Assembly: GCA_963729895.1 (NCBI GenBank)
Contig: CAVSQB010000015.1
Coordinates: 1-64,000, forward strand
Reading direction: 5' to 3'
DNA: 64,000 bases
Source of the DNA: an uncultured Fibrobacterota bacterium
GTDB lineage: Bacteria; Fibrobacterota; Chitinivibrionia; Chitinivibrionales; FEN-1185
Below are positions 59,026 to 64,000 of the stretch, in pieces. A program made the translations under genes and the position numbers. Each line of letters begins with the position of its first letter. Positions within the stretch are counted from its first letter, which is position 1. The notes under the pieces were generated by a model. That model was not told the DNA's origin and ran no database searches. It was given only the letters and a program-made list of their open reading frames with translations.

Positions 59026-59523
59026 GGAATCCTTTTCTACTCGTGTGTGAGGTGATATACCAAGGTCAATGCCGTGCGAAAAATTACGATTGATCTACCG
59101 TGACAGACAAGATCCCCTACGGGCTTGCTTATGAACATAAGAAATGGGTCCGATATCCGGCCAAACAATTTATTCACTTTGTTGATATGTGTTATATAAT
59201 AATTAATTCAGCACCGGTGGCAACGGCCATGGTTGTTTCAAAATATCAAGGAAGGCTGACAAGGAAAGATCTTACTACTGCTCGTCTCTTCACGAGTACT
59301 TGTCGTATGAGGTTTGACTTGGTGCAGTTTTGAAGCATGCCTTTACAGGCCAGAATATAAATCAAGAGGATAACAAGCTGGATGGAGAGTCAGCCCCCTC
59401 TCCGCAGATGGAGTGACTTTGCGGATTGGATTGGCGATAGGGGATATGCTATAAATGTTTCTTTATCGTACATCAGACCGGGAAATAGAAAGGAAGACTT
59501 TTTCATTCGTCCGCGCAGGTCAG

Positions 59524-61203
59524 CTATTCCCCTGAGGAGAACCGCGCCAGATAGATCCCTGTCTTGGCCGTGCGGGAAACGTCCATCCGCGCCGTCGCAC
59601 CATTGACCGCGATTTTTTGGACCAGCCTTCCCGAAAGATCGTAAATGTCAACATATGTAGCCCCTCGCACCCTCTGGAGGACAAAAAGCACACCCTTCTC
59701 AATTTTCACAAGAAATGAAACGGAATGTGCGGCGGCGTTCGTGCGCGACTGTGGCGAAACGTCAGATTGAATGGTGCGGGTGACAATATTGTTGGTGTCA
59801 CACGCCCACACCTGGACCTCCGCCAAGCTCAAGCTGTTTTTCGTGCGGAGTTGTATGCGGACATATCTCCCGATGACCCCGCCATTGAAATGGTACTCAC
59901 TCGGAGTCCCCGTGATGCTGCGTTCAAAGGCGCAGGTTTCCCAGTTCATGCCGTCGGTGCCGAATTTAACGTCATAGTTCGTTTGATGTCGGGAAAGGGA
60001 ATCGGTACGGTTATAGGCCCAAATGCTGTCGATAATGTATTGGCTACCCAAATCCACCTGCCACCAAGCCATGGAATCGACATTTGTTTGACAAATGCTG
60101 TTCGCCGAGGATTCGCCTGCGGTGTCTCCGTCCACGGCTCGTGAGGCAGCGAGGTTGGCATAGGTGCTGGATTGCGTCGCGATCTTGTTCAGCGCAATGT
60201 TTGTGTTGTTTGAACTCTTTCTGCCGACCTCGCAAAAGGCATTGTACAAGAACATATGCGATGAATCTGCGAAACCGCCTGGACAATGGGCCCCTGGAGT
60301 TCCAACGAGCGTACCGGCCAGCAGGCCCTCATGCGTGAGCCGCACAGAGATCGGAGTGATGCCGTAAAAGAGCCAGTCGGAATTCCACTTGGAGGGCGAG
60401 CCGGTGTCGGTGGGCACGCCCCAGCCGTCCGGTGTCGATTGATACCCGCAATATGGAGGACTTCCGGCCTCGATCCAGGATGTGTCGAGCATTGCACCAG
60501 AATTGCCGGCAGCGGCGCACACTTTGGAATTGACGCCGGGAGTTCCATCATTTCCTTCGATGCCGCCGTAAATATTCGTGTCGACAACCGGAGGGATCTT
60601 GAAAGGCTTGTCCATGAACGCGACATTCAGGGTAATGAATGCGCCGGACGAGCATCCCTGGATTGCGATCCGGGAAGTATCTATCCGATACGTTGAAGCA
60701 TGCGCGCGCATATACCTGATGCACGCCCTGGCGTCCTGGGCTGTAACGACAAACCCAGCCGGCCAGATCTTAAGCGTCGAGTCATTTTGCACTTCCCACT
60801 TCCGGTAGTCCGGGCAAACCGCCACATACCCGTACTGTGCATATGTCGTGGCATCACCAGCCTGACCGGTGCGATCCCCGCCTGTAAATCCTCCACCGTA
60901 GATGCAAACGATGCAAGGTCTGGAGGTACATGTATCGCCCGTCGGCTCATACTCATCAAAATAGAGATCCGTGGGCAGATTGTTATTCAACGGATTGGTG
61001 TTTGAACCGAATTTAATCGCTTGGTTCACCGTGACGTTGCTAAAGACCTTGTTGATGAAACGCCCGGCAGGATAGGTGCTCATGTAAGCAAGCGCGGGGA
61101 AAAAAGTCATGCTAAGAATCAGAAGTGTGTTGTAGAAAAAACGAGGCAATTTCCCATTGAGTATTATAGCTGGACATTCCGGGATTAGGGTATTTTTCTT
61201 CAT
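59524..61203 (-). CDS. Secreted alpha/beta-hydrolase (carboxylesterase-like) with F5/8-fucolectin domain and sorting tail
   Basis: YGGGF, DYR, GCSSG nucleophile elbow, NIALNK.A.QSST, AVDG, WWQVDLG, NRTD and LAEVQV motifs. Confidence 0.82.
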   Translation of the reverse strand: MKKNTLIPECPAIILNGKLPRFFYNTLLILSMTFFPALAYMSTYPAGRFINKVFSNVTVNQAIKFGSNTNPLNNNLPTDLYFDEYEPTGDTCTSRPCIVCIYGGGFTGGDRTGQAGDATTYAQYGYVAVCPDYRKWEVQNDSTLKIWPAGFVVTAQDARACIRYMRAHASTYRIDTSRIAIQGCSSGAFITLNVAFMDKPFKIPPVVDTNIYGGIEGNDGTPGVNSKVCAAAGNSGAMLDTSWIEAGSPPYCGYQSTPDGWGVPTDTGSPSKWNSDWLFYGITPISVRLTHEGLLAGTLVGTPGAHCPGGFADSSHMFLYNAFCEVGRKSSNNTNIALNKIATQSSTYANLAASRAVDGDTAGESSANSICQTNVDSMAWWQVDLGSQYIIDSIWAYNRTDSLSRHQTNYDVKFGTDGMNWETCAFERSITGTPSEYHFNGGVIGRYVRIQLRTKNSLSLAEVQVWACDTNNIVTRTIQSDVSPQSRTNAAAHSVSFLVKIEKGVLFVLQRVRGATYVDIYDLSGRLVQKIAVNGATARMDVSRTAKTGIYLARFSSGE

Positions 61204-61371
61204 AAATCCGTCAGTTCTTGGCCAAATTTAGAGTCTATGGTTCCGCGCTCATGCGCGGGGGCTATTGAGTAACGTGTCGTTCTTCAGCCCAACGCCCGCT
61301 TGCTCATCAAATCTTGCACAAGCTATCCGACAGCAGCACGATTTCAATGCTGCGGATATTAAAATCCGTCA

Positions 61372-64000
61372 TCATTGCACAATCTGAAAAGTGCCTGATT
61401 CCATGATCGCCTGACTCTTTCGCTCCAATTTGATCTCATATGCATACCCCCCAATTGCAACTGGGAGATTTCTTTGGGTAGTCATGTTCCATTGAACAAG
61501 GTTGCTATTCGATACTAATTCTTTGACCAAGACTCCGTTAAGAGAGTAGATACCGACCGTTATTCTCTTCATATCATTATAGGGGTTCATCGCAGCAAAA
61601 GATATCACCCTGTCTCTCGTGCGGTCGAATAGTTTCTTTGCAATTGCACAAGATATTTCAGAATGAAAAGCCGGAGAATTGTTGACAACTTCAACAACCT
61701 GGCCCGCGGGCGTATTCATTCTGGCCAAAATAATGCTGTAGGGCGTTCCGTTTATCGCGAGATGGATCGTTTCATTAACTGACGTTGGGATAGTGATTTT
61801 ATTGCCGGTTATCGTACCGGAATCGATTCCGTTTCTGTAAATCTGTAGCGCTTGTCCAGGGCAAGGGTTGACAAAGGTACAGTTTCCACTCACGCTGCTA
61901 ATTATCCGCACATACTGCACAGCGTTGTTTTCCATGTCGCTCGAAACCAGGAATCCGCCGTAAGTCAGCATGTCCCCGAATTTACCATAGGTATTCGTCG
62001 GCCAATCGGCAAACAACCTTATCGTGTCCTGGAATGACTGGACAAGCATCTCGCACAATGTGGCCGGTACTGTATTGAGATTTTCAATTCCTCCGCCGCC
62101 GGTGTGAATATGCAGATTTGGGTAGGTGTTGTTTGTAACCCATAAATTCAGTTGGGTCAAAATCGTATTCGGATCATATCCGATCCGGGCTGCGGCGGGA
62201 TAGAATGTGGGTGTCGCATTTCCATCGCTCCAGCGAGCCATCTGACCAATCATGTTCTTGCCGATGGCGAGCAGAGCAGAATCGCTTCCAAGGCCGATCT
62301 GGCTGCCTGGGTAAATGTGTTGTGACCCGATGTCGTTGCCGTCAACCCAATCATCCCCAACCTCGGTCCACCTGAAAACGGTAACGCCATTCCTGACAAA
62401 GGTTGGAAAGGCGCTGAGATTCATCAACCTGTTCTCCCAAATGGCTCTCGATGAGGAGTCCTGGTTTAGGGCGGAACTTAAATCAATGACCCCTTTAAGG
62501 AGGAAACGAATCAAACCCAATGACATAACGCCGTTTGTTTGTGGATACGAGTCACCTTCTTGTTGGGCATCTTTGTAATCCACGTACCTGGTCCCGTCCC
62601 AAGTCAGGTAGTTTTGCCAGAATATCGCGATTGGCTTGAGAGTACCGTAGACTTTGTTTGCATATGTCAAATCGTGTGTGTAGTAGTAGTGCATGATCAT
62701 GTCGGTTGCCGCAAAAGCACCAGGAAACTTCTGATTCCAGGTATTATGATCAGCGCTGCCGTTCGGCACAGGGCCAATATGGACTCTGTAAAAGGCTCCG
62801 GTCCAGCCGCTGTCCGATGCCTGTGACTGGGCATTGGGTACCCAGTCTATAATCGGTTTGTCATAGCTGTCAGCAAGCTCGGGGTGATTGGTGGGGCATG
62901 CCATGTAGAACGGCGCTTCATAATTGTAATTAAGGGTGTAGTCACTGTTCCATGCTGGATTTTCCATCACCCAATTCGCCCATAATCCGGGAGGTGCTTC
63001 ACTCGTTCTGGAGCAACTCGCCAAAAGATAAAGCGACCCATAGAATTCTTTTTCGATTGTTTTGTTTGGTATTTCTACAAATGATTTGCCGTAGAAATTG
63101 TTCCACCAGGCGCAATGCACATTGTTTAAGCTATCGATATTCGCCCGTGTTTCCGAACTGATGCTGCTGATGGCCTGACTCTGATAACTTGCACTATCGT
63201 AATTACTCATGATGCAGGTTACAAGGGAATAGGTGTTTCCGGGCGATAGAGTAAAATTTAAAGCATTGTTATTGATAATTCCTGCCGTTCCAATCACTCG
63301 CGTTGCAACACGTACCTTGCACGTAGCATATCCGCCCACCGCATCCATATTGTCTGCCGTTACGTCGATATAGAGGACATCTCCGGATGAACCGATGCTG
63401 CTGCCGTACGTATTTTGATTGCCCACGGCCAGTGAAACCGTCACGCTCTTACTCTCCGTTCCCGAGTACGTGAAATTCGTTATAAACTGGTTCGTAACGG
63501 TATTGTCTGCCTGTACCCAACTTTCCGTCGTTATCGTATTGCCATTCAGGGTAAATGTCCCATTTACTTCGCCCAGAGGAATATTCTCTACCATGGAATA
63601 TGAAGCTCCCGTCATCCCAGGGATTGCCAGTATTAATCTGGCCATTGCTTTGACCGTTCCGTCATTCAGCGACCAGAACTCATTCTTACCTAAAATGAAA
63701 GTCATCGCATCAATGCTGTTTAGGATCGCAACTCCGACGTCTCCGTTACCAAGGAGCGGTGCATCCGTGGTCTCCTGAGTATTAGTTTGTGTCGGTAATG
63801 AGGTAAAGGTCCCTTTGTATTGGCCGACAATACGAAGAGCCTGGGTTGAAGTTGTTTGATCGGCATAGACGCAACTTGCTATATAGAGGGTACTCGACAG
63901 ACAGAAGCTGGAAATCGATATGGTGAACCTCCAATAGTCAACATCACGTTGGTTCCAGTACCAGTAGGCGTACGCCTGCGAGGTATTTCCATGCTTTGGC
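61372..64000 (-). CDS. Secreted GH95-like (alpha/alpha)6 glycoside hydrolase; 5' end uncertain or beyond the window
   Basis: The frame stays open from 63999 (DAPLLGNGDVG). YLLASCSR, PPGLW, DYTLNYN, H.YPG, EMLVQS and IRLF..WP motifs, plus a sorting tail. Confidence 0.78.
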   Translation of the reverse strand, partial: PKHGNTSQAYAYWYWNQRDVDYWRFTISISSFCLSSTLYIASCVYADQTTSTQALRIVGQYKGTFTSLPTQTNTQETTDAPLLGNGDVGVAILNSIDAMTFILGKNEFWSLNDGTVKAMARLILAIPGMTGASYSMVENIPLGEVNGTFTLNGNTITTESWVQADNTVTNQFITNFTYSGTESKSVTVSLAVGNQNTYGSSIGSSGDVLYIDVTADNMDAVGGYATCKVRVATRVIGTAGIINNNALNFTLSPGNTYSLVTCIMSNYDSASYQSQAISSISSETRANIDSLNNVHCAWWNNFYGKSFVEIPNKTIEKEFYGSLYLLASCSRTSEAPPGLWANWVMENPAWNSDYTLNYNYEAPFYMACPTNHPELADSYDKPIIDWVPNAQSQASDSGWTGAFYRVHIGPVPNGSADHNTWNQKFPGAFAATDMIMHYYYTHDLTYANKVYGTLKPIAIFWQNYLTWDGTRYVDYKDAQQEGDSYPQTNGVMSLGLIRFLLKGVIDLSSALNQDSSSRAIWENRLMNLSAFPTFVRNGVTVFRWTEVGDDWVDGNDIGSQHIYPGSQIGLGSDSALLAIGKNMIGQMARWSDGNATPTFYPAAARIGYDPNTILTQLNLWVTNNTYPNLHIHTGGGGIENLNTVPATLCEMLVQSFQDTIRLFADWPTNTYGKFGDMLTYGGFLVSSDMENNAVQYVRIISSVSGNCTFVNPCPGQALQIYRNGIDSGTITGNKITIPTSVNETIHLAINGTPYSIILARMNTPAGQVVEVVNNSPAFHSEISCAIAKKLFDRTRDRVISFAAMNPYNDMKRITVGIYSLNGVLVKELVSNSNLVQWNMTTQRNLPVAIGGYAYEIKLERKSQAIMESGTFQIVQ

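Overview
This is a 64-kb bacterial chromosomal window, GC-rich by eye with lower-GC patches. Seven secreted carbohydrate-active or related proteins carry T9SS-like C-terminal tails, which suggests an FCB-superphylum organism, possibly Fibrobacterota (inference). The window opens with a ~710-bp inverted fold-back of a DUF47 gene, probably a long-read artefact. Housekeeping genes include UPF0182, ahcY-thyX, a CHASE2 adenylate cyclase, DUF89-pgsA-rpe-S41 peptidase, a DEAD/DEAH helicase and tRNA-Ser(CGA). There are four IS elements: IS1380, an ISNCY-like element and two IS3, one of which splits a protease-TPR gene. A metal-uptake region holds an outer-membrane barrel, a Zn/Mn-type ABC transporter with an embedded S9 peptidase, and mntH-USP. 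Secreted glycoside hydrolases cluster after the tRNA. The best candidates for new biology are (1) a His-rich/CxxC/RAPP leader ORF heading the metal-uptake operon, a putative metal-sensing ribosome-arrest peptide, (2) a three-copy intergenic structured element with compensatory base changes, (3) four degenerate ~48-aa repeats inserted in the cyclase CHASE2 sensor, and (4) two GH105 paralogues with a conserved Arg replaced by Pro. No rRNA or CRISPR array was seen. All family calls come from motif recognition, not database searches.
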